Shown: positions 28,555 through 42,067, counted from the first letter of the stretch. The stretch is 64,000 nt of DNA from Eledone cirrhosa (GCA_964016885.1 OZ024741.1:134912001-134976000); one strand, 5' to 3'. The notes: generated by a model from the letters alone, not told the origin. Program-made: numbers and translations.

Positions 28555-28874
28555 GTATCAGTAGGATAATACATTCATTTGTTATTTATTATCAGTCCGT
28601 GTATTCTTAGATCGAGAAAAGCTTCATTAATGATGTTTAAAATTTGTTTACTCTTTCGAGTAGCAATTATGGGGTTGGAGGTATGCAAAGAAGAAAAACG
28701 AAAACAAAACAACAGACAACAACAATTCTATGTAATGAAACGATATAAATATCACCTAGAAAATTAGCAGCAAAATTAAAGTAGAAAAATTAAAATGTTA
28801 ATAGCAACACAAATCTCGTATTAAAACTATTTTGATTAAATAAGAAAAAAACGTCTCTGATCTGGATTCGAAAC

Positions 28875-30425
28875 TGACAAAACGTGATGGTTTATTTACT
28901 CCTGACAAAATATGATTGTGATGGTTTATTTACTCCTAGCACAATGTGATGGTTTTGTTACTCACGAAACAAAATATGATGGTTTATTTACTCCTGACAC
29001 AATGTGATGGTTTACTTACTCCTGACACGATGTGATGTTTATTTACTCCTGACAAAATATGATGGCTTATTTACTCATGACTAAATATGATGGTTTATTT
29101 ACTCCTCAAAAATTATCAAAATATATTTCCTCCAGACAAAATATGATTGTTTATTTACTCCTGACACAGTGTGATGGTTTATTTACTTCTGACACAATGT
29201 GATGGTTTATTTACTCCTCACAAAATATAAATTATTTACTCCTGACACAAGTAATAGTTTATTTACACCTGACACAATGTGATGGTTTATTTACATCTGA
29301 TACAATGTGATGGTTTATTTACTCCTGACACAATGTGATGGTTTATTTACTCCTGGCACAATGTGATGGTTTATTTACTCCCGAAACAAAATATGATGGT
29401 TTATTTACTCCTGACACAATGTAATAGTTTATTTACACCTGACACAATGTGATGGTTTATTTACATCTGATACAATGTGATGGTTTATTTACTCCTGACA
29501 CAATGTGATGGTTTATTTACTCCTGGCACAATGTGATGGTTTATTTACTCCTGACAAAATATGATGATTTATTTATTACTGACACAATGGATGGTTTATT
29601 TACTCCTGGCACAATGTGATGGTTTATTTACTCCCGAAACAAAATATGATGGTTTATTTACTCCTGACACAATGTGATGGTTTATTTACTCCTGACGAAA
29701 TATGATGGTTTATTTACTCCTGACAAAATATGATGGGTTATTTACTACTGACACAATGTGATGCTTTATTTATACCTGACAATGTGATGGTTATTTACTT
29801 CTGACAAATTATGATGGTTTATTTACTACTGAATAAATATGATGGTTTAATTTCTTCTGACAAAATACAATGGTTTATTTACTTCTGACAAAACATGATG
29901 GTTTATTTATTCCTGACACTATGTGATGGTTTATTCACTCCTGACATAATGTGATGTTTTATTTACTCCTGACCAAACGTGATGGTTTATTTACTCCTGA
30001 CAAAACATGATGGTTTATTTACTCCTGACAAAATATGATAGTTCATTTACTCCTGACTATAAATGATGGTTTATTTACTCTTGAGTAAAAATGATGGTCT
30101 ATTTACTCGACAAAATATGATAATTTATTTAATCCCGACTAAATATGTTGGTTTATTAACAAAACATGATGGTTTATTTACACCTGACACAATGCGATGG
30201 TTTATTTACTTCTGACAAAATATGATGGTTTATTTACTCCTCACTTAGTTATGATGGTTTATTTACTTATGAATAAATATGATGGTTTATTTATATATAT
30301 ATATGATGGTTTATTTAATCCTGACTAAATATGATGGTTATTTTCGCCTGACAAAATATGATTGTTTATTTACTCCTGACAATATGTGATGGTTTATTTA
30401 CTCTTGACAGAATATGATGGTTTAT

Positions 30426-30500
<75 letters not shown>

Positions 30501-31010
30501 TTTATTTACTCCTGACACAATATGATGATTTATTTCCTCCTAACAAATATGATGGGTTATTTACTCATGACACAATGTAATGATTTATTTACTCCTGACA
30601 CAATGTGATGGTTTATTTACTCATGAGAACATATGATGGTTTATTTATATATATATATGATGGTTTATTTACTCCTGACAAAATATGATGGTTTCTTTAC
30701 TCCGTATAAAACAGGATGGTTTATTTACTCTTGAGTAAAAATGATCGTCTATTTACTCCTGACAAAATTTGATGACTTATTTATTGCCGACTAAATATAA
30801 TAGTTTATTTACACCTGACAAACGATGATGGTTTATTTACTCATGACACAATGTGATGATTTATTGACTCCTGACACGATGTGATGGTTTATTTAAACCT
30901 GGCACAATGTGATTGTTTATTTACTCCTGGCACAATGTGATGGTTTATTTTCTCCTGATAAAATATGATGCTTTATTTTCTCATGACTCAACGCGATGGT
31001 TTAATTACTC
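28875..31010. repeat. 28-bp minisatellite, ~70 copies
   Basis: Unit tgatggtttatttactcctgac(acaatg/aaaata); period 28 (e.g. gatgg at 29281, 29309); interrupted by (TA)n. Confidence 0.96.
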
Positions 31011-31217
31011 TGATGAACGCCAACCAGCGTGTCATGATGAAAGCCAACCAGACTGTCAGCTTCTTTCGCCGAAAAGAAGTAAGTGACATAGTCACTACTT
31101 TAAAACTTATAGCGTATGGTCTTCTAAATGTTTTTAATTAAACATACGGTATATTGCCAAATATACTATACACACATTCATGTATACATCGCTATTTCAG
31201 AGCACCAATCCTAATAA

Positions 31218-31307
<90 letters not shown>

Positions 31308-31312
31308 ACACA

Positions 31313-31387
<75 letters not shown>

Positions 31388-31410
31388 GATTGCCGGTCCA
31401 GTAACACTTT

Positions 31411-31480
<70 letters not shown>

Positions 31481-31596
31481 AAAGTGTTGCTGGACCGGCA
31501 ATCGCTCTCTATAATCAGCCACTGATTATTACTGGAATTCTATAAGAATCCACCTTCTATAATTTTCGGCGGAAGCAGGGGGTGGGGTGGGGGCGT

Positions 31597-31638
31597 GGCT
31601 CTGATGAACGCCAACCAGCGTGAAACAGACTGTCAGCT
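31597..31638 (+). ncRNA. Minimal type I hammerhead ribozyme, intact core
   Basis: ggct-CTGATGA-acgc caacca gcgt-GAAA-cag a ctg-TC-agct; GUC cleavage site. Disrupted second copy at 31008-31060. Confidence 0.82.
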
Positions 31639-31730
31639 TCTCTCCCTTCTTTCGCCTTCCTGATTTTTAAGGTTCGTTTATTTCAACCCAACAATGGCTA
31701 TTCCTTGGGGAGGTCTGCTAAAATGGTGAG

Positions 31731-31763
<33 letters not shown>

Positions 31764-32135
31764 GTATGAGCTAAAAATGTATGTAAAGAAACAGTTACGT
31801 AAGACGAACAGTCAACTGCATGGTAAAATGTGCAACCGGTTAACGTCGAAGGAATATACTCGGGGAAGCCTAGCAAAATACACCTATATGTTCACCGGTC
31901 TTACGCAAACTCCTTCATATAATTGTGTTAACACCTGATTATGTCACACCGGTGCCGGCTGCTGTTGTAATGATCGTAGAACAGCTCACTGAAATACGTA
32001 TTGTCCAATAAATACTATTATGAATCACCTGATTTAACGTTAATTTCATACATGTATGTATGTTCTGGTTTTATTTATGTCCGTATGCATGTACGTATGT
32101 ATGTGTATGTATGTATATATGTATGCATGTATGTA

Positions 32136-32720
32136 CTGGTAACATGTATCCCAGTACAACCTGTCTCATGGTCGGGTCGTTGGCGACTAAACTGGCAACC
32201 CCACCAAGGTTTCTTGGTGAGGAGGGTGACTTTGGACATCCCGCAGGACTAAAAACAAAACCTGTCAAAGGGCAAAGGACCTCTTAAGAGTCAATGGCCA
32301 TCCAAAATCACCGGGAGAGATGACGCCTTAGCCTTTGTCAAGGCAGAATTCTAGGAGAAGGAAAACTCTGATATAACACCTGCAACCCTGATGGTATCTA
32401 ATGATGTTGACTTGTTCTTCTTTTTGGTAAATATCATCTTGGTTAAGAGAGTGGGACTGGCTTTGTGCAGTGCCTTTGCTCACTATAAAAGCTTCACGGC
32501 ACAGGCATTGCTTTATATCTGGAGATATCTCTGCACTTGTCGTCACATGGTACCATGAGCCCAGCACTATGTGTCAATAATTGTCACAGGTGTGGTGTTT
32601 GTGCCAGAGTTTTCGGGTCGCTGGCTGGACTAGGGGGTCACACTTGTTCAGCGCGTCGGTGGGGGTCTCCTACATGGATATAAAGTAGTGGCCGTACTCG
32701 AAAACGAGTTGGCAGCCACC
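32136..32720 (+). mobile_element. Probable non-autonomous RTE-related element in an (ATGT)n tract
   Basis: GC-richer island containing taggagaaggaaaactctga, a motif typical of RTE 5' UTRs; (TATG)n on both flanks; no ORF. Confidence 0.4.
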
Positions 32721-32894
32721 ATGTATGCATGTATGTATATGTATTCATATGTGTATATATATATATATATATGTGCATGTATATACAAAATGACAAAAGA
32801 CCTAAATTAACAACTTAATTCCTTTCTTTAATTTCTATGCTCGTTTCAATACGGATACAATAGTACTTACATATGAAAACAAATCGGAAATAAT

Positions 32895-33290
32895 TAATTA
32901 GCTATTATTAACGCTATACATAATATAATTAGGACAATGGTATTGATGAGTTAATATCTGTATACAACAACTACAACGGTACGCGATGGGGCCCACCCAC
33001 AGCCCCGGCGGACAGAATGGAGAAGGCTTTTCCCCGGAGGACGGCAAGGGATACGCGCTGGAAAAGCCACCCCAACTCGCGGGGCTCACACCTGCGGCTG
33101 GCCAGCTCATCGCCTATGGTGGTGAGTAAGGAGGTAGCCCTGGGGCCGAGGACACCAGAAGTCTCCACTGCCAGGGGTACGACCGCAAACCTGTCGGAGA
33201 GCGACTGGTATTTGGGGAGTTTGGCCACCTCAGCCCGACGTGCAGCAGAACCTGGGTCAGTCGCAGACTGCACAAGGTTGCGGCTGCAGA
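32895..33290 (-). mobile_element. 3' fragment of CRE-like non-LTR retrotransposon (restriction-like endonuclease)
   Basis: AARRAEVAKLPKY..AVVPLAVETSGVLGP..WLFQRVSLAVLRGKAFSIL (ORF 32971-33273); GC-rich against AT-rich flanks. Confidence 0.8.
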
Positions 33291-33671
33291 ATATTATGTA
33301 TATTATATAAACATAATATATATAACTGCATTTCTTCAGGAAATGTGAGAAGGAACAAAACTCCTCAACAACAAGAACCTAAACGTTCGAAGTTATTCAA
33401 AGTGTTTTAAGTTGAGGATTTTAGCATGCATATAGCTTCTTTCGCTTTACCAAAAGTAATAGTGGACTACTCCACTATAATCACATATATGTATATGTAT
33501 GTGTATATAAGGTGAAGCAATCATTTTGCTTTTTCTAATGGCTAGAATATATACGGCCCACTACACCTGCATACTTATTGGATCGATCGACCAGATCGCA
33601 GACCTCATTCACTTTCTGGTTGGGGCAGAGATAATACTATCTACCGTTCGCAAATCTATGCAGAAGTAATA

Positions 33672-33857
33672 TTATTGTTTCTACTTTTGGCACAAGGCCA
33701 GCAATTACCTAGTGCATTACTGGTACTTTATTTTATCGACCCCGTAAGGATGAAAGGCAAAGTTAACCTCGGCGGGATATTAACTCAGAATGGCAAGGGC
33801 CGTAACTCTATGCGTCAAAGCACGGCGTCCGACCCTCTACCGATACTGCCAATATAG
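33672..33857 (-). mobile_element. SINE with Meta-like domain
   Basis: actggtactttattttatcgaccccgtaaggatgaaaggcaaagttaacctcggcggga..aactcagaa; a second SINE head follows to ~33950. Confidence 0.8.
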
Positions 33858-33971
33858 TGCCTGCAAGGACATAACGCATCGCCCGTCAGGAATAGAACTC
33901 GCGACATCACGATTGAGAATTCAATTTTCTAACCCCTACGCCACGTGACTTCACACACACATGTATGTATT

Positions 33972-34044
<73 letters not shown>

Positions 34045-34079
34045 TTATATGTGTATGTGTTTATATATATGTATAATGT

Positions 34080-36090
34080 GAAACCTCGCTTTGTTTTCAA
34101 TATACCTCAACCACGACCTTTTCTCCTTCCTCACCTCCACCAAAGCCCTTAAGCTACACTCACTCCTCCCCACCACCACCTTCCACCACTCCTCGCCCAT
34201 CCCCGTGACCCCCCCTTCTCAACCACACCAAACCGGTGGACAAGGGAAGCGCCGTGGTGGTGTGGCGCGCTGACCTCTACACGGCCGAAGCCCTCAGGCA
34301 GCTCCGTAACCCCCTCTTCTACCACCCTCTACCCTCTGACCCCACACCCCTCTACCAACAACAAGTTTCCTCCACCATTCAACACCTTGTCTCCTCCTCC
34401 CTCCTCCCTCCCACCACTTCCCACCTCATCGTCTACATCCCGCATCCCCACTATCTACTTCCTCCTCAAATTCCACAAACCCGACAACCCCGGCCGCCCC
34501 ATCGTCTCCGCTTGCAACTGCCCCACCGAACTCATCTCCGTCTTTCTTGACTCCATCCTCGCCTCCCTCGTCACCACCCTCCCCTCTCACATATCCGATA
34601 CCAACCACGCTCTTCACCTATTCGACTCCCTCACTTTCCCACCCGGCCCACACCCATCCTCTTCACCCTAGATATCAAGTCCCTCTATACTGTCATCTCC
34701 GACGCCGACGGCCTACGTACCCTCCGGCACTACCTCGACCTTTCCCCCTCCCCCATCCCCTCCACACTACCCTCCTTCGCCTCGCCGAGCTGGTCCTCAC
34801 CCTCAACTGCTTCTCCTTCTCGGATGAGTTTTACCAACAGGTCACGGGGGTAGCCATGGGTACAAGAATGGGCCCAAACTATGCCAACCTTTTCGTTGGC
34901 CATGTTGAGGCCCAAATCTTTGCCCGGTACACCGGCCCCACGCCCGAACTGTACTGTCGTTACATCGACGACTGTATCGGAGCCACGACCCTCACCCGAG
35001 AACAGCTCGACTCCTTTCTCTCCTTCTTCTGCTCGTTCCACCCCTCCCTCAACTTCACCACCTCTATCTCCACCACCCACGTCCACTTCTTAGACATCTC
35101 CGTCGCCATCGACCCTTCCCACCGCTCCCTCGTCACCTCCACCTTCTTCAAACCCACCAACTCCCACTCCTACATCAACTTCACCTCTTCCCACCCAACA
35201 CACACAAATCACTCTATTCCCTACTCCCAACTCCTCTGGATCCGCCGCCTCTGCAGCCGAGACGCTGACTTTGAGTCTCAGGCCCTTTCCCTAGTCAGCC
35301 ATTTCATCCGGAGAGGTCCCCCCCTCCCTCGTCCACACCGCCTTCACTCGCGCCCGTGCTGTCCACCGCTCCACCGCCCTCACCCCACGTCACCGCACAC
35401 CCATCCACCGTCTCCCCTTCCCCATCACCTACCACCCTTCCACCCCACCCCTTCACTGCACCATCCTCCGTCTCTTCCGACGCCTCCAGTCCGACCCCCG
35501 CTCCCCATCCCCCTCCTTCAAACGCGCACGCAATCTTCGCACATTCCTAGTCCACAGCTCCCTACCCCCAACCCACGCTCTTCTTCCCCCCGGTTCCCTT
35601 CCCTGCTCCAGGCCTCGCTGCCACACCTGCCCCCACATCACCAACACCACCACCTTCCAGGGTCCCAACGGCCACTCTCTCTGTCCGGCACGCCTTCCGC
35701 TGCACCTCCTCCAACCTAGTCTATGGACTTCGCTGCACGGAGTGCAACGCAACCTACATCGGACAGACTGGACGTCGCCTGGCAACCGTTTCACTGAACA
35801 CCTCCGGGATATTCGTCTCGGCGGCAGTTCCCCCATCGCCCGCCACTTTGGCTCCCCTGGACATTCCGCCCACCACCTCACAGTCTGTGGCCTACTCCAA
35901 TGCCATGGAACACCCGCCACTCGCCTCACGGTCGAACAACGTACCATCTTCACCCTACAGACCCCCCCCGGCCTGAACTCCCCACCCCTATTCCTTTAGC
36001 CTTCGCCCCAACACATCCCCCACTAACACCACTAACACACTCCTTCTTTTCACCACCCCACTCCCTTGGCCCACCCCACAACTAACAATA
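34080..36090 (+). mobile_element. C-rich Penelope-like element (Neptune-like), 5'-truncated and frameshifted
   Basis: DKGSAVVVW, KFHKPDNPGRPIVS, LDIKSLYT, GVAMGTRMGPNYANLF, RYIDD, FLDISV, KPTNSHSY, SIPYSQLL, CxxC linker, YIGQTGR..RFTEHLRDI..PIARHF. Confidence 0.9.
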
Positions 36091-36158
36091 CTAACATTAC
36101 TCGAAATCGAGTTGCATCCATCATGTATATCTATATATATGTATATGAATATATATGT

Positions 36159-36608
36159 ACTAGACCTGAAAAATGTGCAAGCTCAAAAGAGCCACAGAAT
36201 GTTATAATAAACCTTCAAAAGTGTGAGACTAGAGTTGTTGCTAAAAAATATTGTAATCATTATCTATCGTACACTGTATGGCATCCTTTTATAAAAAAGA
36301 GACTCATAACGAACTCAAAACCACACGATAATTATTTAAGGTAATGTTCAATATCTCATATTAGATGTTTAGTAATGATTAATACGAAATGCACTTAAAC
36401 CGAATTCGATATTATAAATTCACTTAAATAATTATCGTGTCGTCTTGAGTTCGTTATGAGTCTCTTTTTTTTTTATAAAAGGATGCCACAGAGTGTACGA
36501 TAGATAATGATTACAATATTTTTTAGCAACAACTCTAGTCCCACACTTTTGAAGGTTTATTATAACATTCTGTGGCTCTTTTGAGCTTGCGCATTTTTCA
36601 GGTCTAGT
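36159..36608. mobile_element. MITE/foldback element with ~185-bp TIRs
   Basis: 36159-36341 is the reverse complement of 36421-36608 (actagacctgaaaaatg...catttttcaggtctagt); no clear TSD. Confidence 0.9.
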
Positions 36609-36670
36609 TTAATATTTTTTTAAGGCAACGCTTGTAATAACTCTAGTTAAACATGATATATGTTAATAAT

Positions 36671-36763
36671 TGTTTCTACTTTAGGCACAAGGCCAGCAAT
36701 TACCGAGTGCATTACTGGTACTTTATTTTATCGACCCAGTAAGGATGAAAGGCAAAGTCAACC
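36671..36763 (-). mobile_element. 5'-truncated SINE with 17-bp TSD
   Basis: TSD tgatatatgttaataat at 36654-36670 and 36764-36780; insert nearly identical to 33675-33769. Confidence 0.88.
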
Positions 36764-37830
36764 TGATATATGTTAATAATAAATTATCGTTGTAATGTAA
36801 TTAGATTATATAATTGTTATTTTATAAATGATCTTATAAATATTATTGTAAGATGTATAAAAATATTTTCAGACTTTTAATATAAACAACTACAGAAAAC
36901 AATCAATATTAAATAACTATATTTTACATAATAATTGTTATAGTTGAATTAATAAAAATTAAATATTACATACAAATAGTCTAACATAATAATAAAAAAA
37001 TAATCTAACATAATAATAATAAAATAATTTAACATAAAAGGAACAATAATATCGACAAATATACAAGTAAATATGATACAACCAATATTATAAGCATGTT
37101 ATAACGAACTGAAAAAAAATAGTTAATATAAATTTAAAAAAGATATATATAAATTAACAATATAACTTACCAAAACGAGAAAAATATTTTGATGATAAAC
37201 GACGAAATACAGGAGGAAGATTCGAAAGCGAAACGATAAATAAACGTGCAAACAAAGTGGCGGATGCTTTTGAGCAACAATTACTCTCATTGGTTGACGA
37301 TGAAATAAGACGATGAAATAAGACGATGAAATTAGCCAATAAGACGATACATTACAAAAGATGTTTGGCAGGGAACACCACGGCCAGCGAAACCCCTTGA
37401 ATTTTTTATTCACAAGCTACGCGTATGTCAGACACGCAGACTTAAAACATTCTGTTGTTAGCACTGCGTGTCTAACAGATATATGTATATACAAACGTCG
37501 CATTAGCTAGAAAGAGGTTCGATGTACCAGTCACAGGAGCTCTACCAAATCGATAGTTGGTAATCAATAATCGATTGTTTAGATTGATTTTCACTCCGGT
37601 TTTACGAACTATGAAACCTTAGAGTATATACTGTTTCCGAAAAATTATATGCTTTTTATATATATGTAATGCCATGTGTTTCTCTAATGATGCATGGCTA
37701 TATATATTTTTTAATTTGAATTATTGATGCTCTGGACAAACGTCCATTGAGCTTCTCTGCGGAGAAACATATTCGTCATTCATACATATTGTATATGTTT
37801 TAATACTTTAAATTATTTATTTATTTATTT

Positions 37831-37871
<41 letters not shown>

Positions 37872-38017
37872 AATATATATACAAATATAAATATATATAC
37901 AAATATATATATATATACATATGTATATACATTAAACACACACACACACACACACACATATACATATGTACACACAAACACACACACATATGTATTTCAA
38001 GTTAAATATAGAAATGG

Positions 38018-38083
<66 letters not shown>

Positions 38084-38657
38084 TCTATATACATATATAA
38101 GCAAACTAAATACAACTGTCTCTTGTAATATGGAACATCACAACAGCGCATTTAACGACAAGCAAGCAGCCTTGAAGTTTCTAATGTTATGTATGTTTTC
38201 TCAACAGTAATTAATTCAACACTCTGATTTGGTATATATGAAATAAGCTTTTCCAAAGTATATTCTTTAATTTTAAAATCTGAAGTCGATGAAGCCTGTT
38301 CAAACTGCCATATTCTGTTACTAGAAATGAAATATAAAATGAAATATAATTAGATACTTATTTCGGGGTAAAGCATATCAAGAAGAATGAAATCATATTA
38401 CAAAGTATGTTCTTCTTTTTCTCTCAGTTTCTCTGTCTTCATTTTTATCCCCATCCCCTATGTATAATACATCCACTACACAATTAATTACATAGTTTAT
38501 TTGAAATTTAGTTGCGAGTGATCAGACTAACATCAGCAACTGAGAGCCAATATAAGTAGCAATTAAACAAGAACTAAATTGTTGCAGACCTTCATGTTAT
38601 CTCGTAGTATACATAGTAAAGATAGGAGGTTGGGGAAACAAAGAACAAACAAGCAGC

Positions 38658-38758
<101 letters not shown>

Positions 38759-39112
38759 GCTATCTAGCTATCTATTCATTCGCCCGTATGTCTGCCTGGT
38801 TGCACACATATCCACATACACGCACTCATACATATATAATACAAGAGATGATACACTTTCCATTTATTTACAAAGAAATTAGAAAGGAGTGACAAGGATA
38901 ACATTGAATCCTTAGATTCTCAGCTTTAATTTACTGCATAACAATAGTACATATAAAGCTAATTTCTCATTCTATTTTCTGGTGAAGGACTTCTGTCCAA
39001 AACGTTAAGACTTTTTTCTTACTATACCAAAGGTAAAAACTAATAATATATTTCTTCATTGTAATGTGGCGTTTGCTTTGTTATTTCTGCTTGTTATTTC
39101 TGCTTGCGTTAA

Positions 39113-39178
<66 letters not shown>

Positions 39179-39513
39179 GGGTTCCTTCTTTCTCATACCA
39201 CACTCACGGCGTACGGTCTGCTTCTCTGACCGCTCATGAAATTCACCCGGCTTATGCTGATCGGATAACTACCATGTGGCTTGCTGTTTTCCAACCTTCG
39301 GTTTGCTTTTCCTTCTGTTGTTTACTTGTCTCACTCGCTTTACGCGTTTCACTTGTCCCAATAGCTTATTTTAGTTATTGCTCGCACCAACCTGAGGTAT
39401 CTGATTTTTAATGCGATGAAATACCAATGATGGTTGGCAAAATCACTGATGAGGGACTAATTTTATAATATGTAATCCATGTGCAACCATGCAGTATTCT
39501 TCTTCCCCTTGTT

Positions 39514-39575
<62 letters not shown>

Positions 39576-39580
39576 GTATA

Positions 39581-39716
<136 letters not shown>

Positions 39717-39745
39717 TGTGTGTGTATGCACATATATATAATTAC

Positions 39746-39780
<35 letters not shown>

Positions 39781-40038
39781 AAAGGTGAGATTGTAAATAG
39801 CACGGAAAATATATTTAAGGGTCTGTTTTTCTTTTTTCCCTTTCTTTGATTCGTCAAAGTGATATTGTTGAAAAAATGAGAGGAACAATTCTTTTAAAAA
39901 AGAGTTTTATAATGTATATAAAGTATATAAATGTTGAGTATTACAATTAAAGAGAATTAATAAGAATTAAAATTAAATTTTTTAAATTAAGTGTTGAGAT
40001 AAATTTCTTTTCATCTTCCTTGTTGAGAAGGAGACTGG

Positions 40039-40133
<95 letters not shown>

Positions 40134-40623
40134 CAAATATATATATATACAAAATTTAGTACAGCATCAACGAAGCCATGGTTGCAGCCAAGCTAACGAA
40201 TGCAGTTTCGGTGTGCAGCTAAGCACTCGGATAGGGTATATAACCCTAGAGTTAGTTATAACATTACGTTTAGACAGTTTTGCAAAATGAAGACAGCGAC
40301 CGATAGAAGGACCGCAGTGACCATAGCGACGAAAAGGACTGAACTCAGGAAAAACTTGACTAACCTGGACCATCACGTCGACATCATACATAACACATAA
40401 TACATATAATATATACCATATAACATACATCACATGTAATCCACAATATCTCCGCTAGGTTTCTGTAAATCTGATCAACAAAATCCACTTGCAGGGGTCT
40501 GCAAGTTAATGGTTTTTGAAGATAGAACAATGGAGTTTTACTTCGTCAACAAGTTTTTCGTTCTGGTCCGCTCGGGTGTTTTTTGCTAGAGTAAGCGCTG
40601 CTAGCAAACACATGGTTTTCCCA

Positions 40624-40665
<42 letters not shown>

Positions 40666-40797
40666 TATATATATGTGTGTGTGTGTGTGTTTGTGTGTGT
40701 GTATATGTAGGATCCCGATGTACATTAGTTGAGTATAGGTATACATTACAATGAACTAATTAAGAGTATATTTTTCCTTTTTATTCTATTTTCATCG

Positions 40798-40876
<79 letters not shown>

Positions 40877-40905
40877 GCTCGCGCAAACACACACGTATAC
40901 ATATA

Positions 40906-41277
40906 CCTGTTTTCAACAATGAAAATAAACAAAAGGCGAAAATAGATTCTTAATTAGTTCATTGTTTTACGATCGTTTCAGAGGGTTGATCGATCATGAT
41001 AAATCTATATATTGACAAAGCAATAATGATTATGTCACCACATATTACTAGTCTCGATATTCCAGATCCATCTCACTGTCTCCCTCTATTGATTATTTTT
41101 GAGAAAGACAGTGAGATGGATTTGGCATATTAGTAATACGCGGTGTCATAATCATTATTACTTATATCAATATATCGATTTATCATTATCAATCAACCCT
41201 CAGAAACGATCGGAAAACAATGAACTAATTAAGAATCTATTTTCGTCTTTTGTTTTATTGACATTGTTCATAACACG
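40906..41277. mobile_element. Tc1/mariner-type MITE, ~145-bp imperfect TIRs, TA TSD
   Basis: ta|cctgttttcaacaatg...cattgttcataacacg|ta. Arms ~40906-41050 and ~41131-41277. An extra arm remnant lies at 40749-40800. Confidence 0.85.
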
Positions 41278-41621
41278 TACATATGACTCTTTATCTCGTT
41301 TAGAATTTACAATGGAGTCTTATATGATGTGAGCCTGCTACAAAAACAATAGCTCTCATCACATGATCTCGTCACAATTATCTCTTCAAGATTGCATGGA
41401 GTTCTAACAACGTTATTAGTCGTACCATAACAAGTAGATACCAATATGTAAATATATATAGTGTAGAGCGATGGTATACATGGCTGCTCAGTTTTTGTGG
41501 ACAAGTCTTTTGATAGCTCTAAATTGGATGGAGCGTTTTATATTTGAGCAAGGCTCTTTTATTTCGCGTTGTCTCAGTCAAATATGAGTTGCACGTGTAA
41601 TCCAAAGTGCCAGCAGCTTTG

Positions 41622-41689
<68 letters not shown>

Positions 41690-41691
<2 letters not shown>

Positions 41692-42027
41692 GTTTGAAGT
41701 TAGAAGGCCAGAACAATGCAGGTATGGATATAGAAAATAAATACAAATGCAAAAGATATCGCTGACAATTAGTCTTTTACCTTAAATTTATTTGAATATC
41801 CTGATATTTCGAGATATCTCTTCTTCAGAGGGAAGTAAAGGGGTTAATCCAGTGTTCTAATTAGCTTGCCAAGTCATGCTGACAGGAAATAGTATAGAAA
41901 TTCCATTCTATTTCTAATGTCAAAGAGTGGTTAGGTGGATAAAGGGTTGTCTCCTTTTAAAAGGGTTTGGACATGTATGTCTAAGTGTGTGTATGTGTGT
42001 GTGGGAGAATACGTGAAGGTGTAAGCA

Positions 42028-42067
<40 letters not shown>

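Noticed and set aside
32180-32250. HDV-like or twister ribozyme in the RTE-type 5' region
   Set aside because: Hairpins are present but I could not build the required pseudoknots by eye.
39385-39460. CTGAGG..GAAA and CTGATGAG motifs
   Set aside because: Stems and cleavage triplet do not assemble into a hammerhead.
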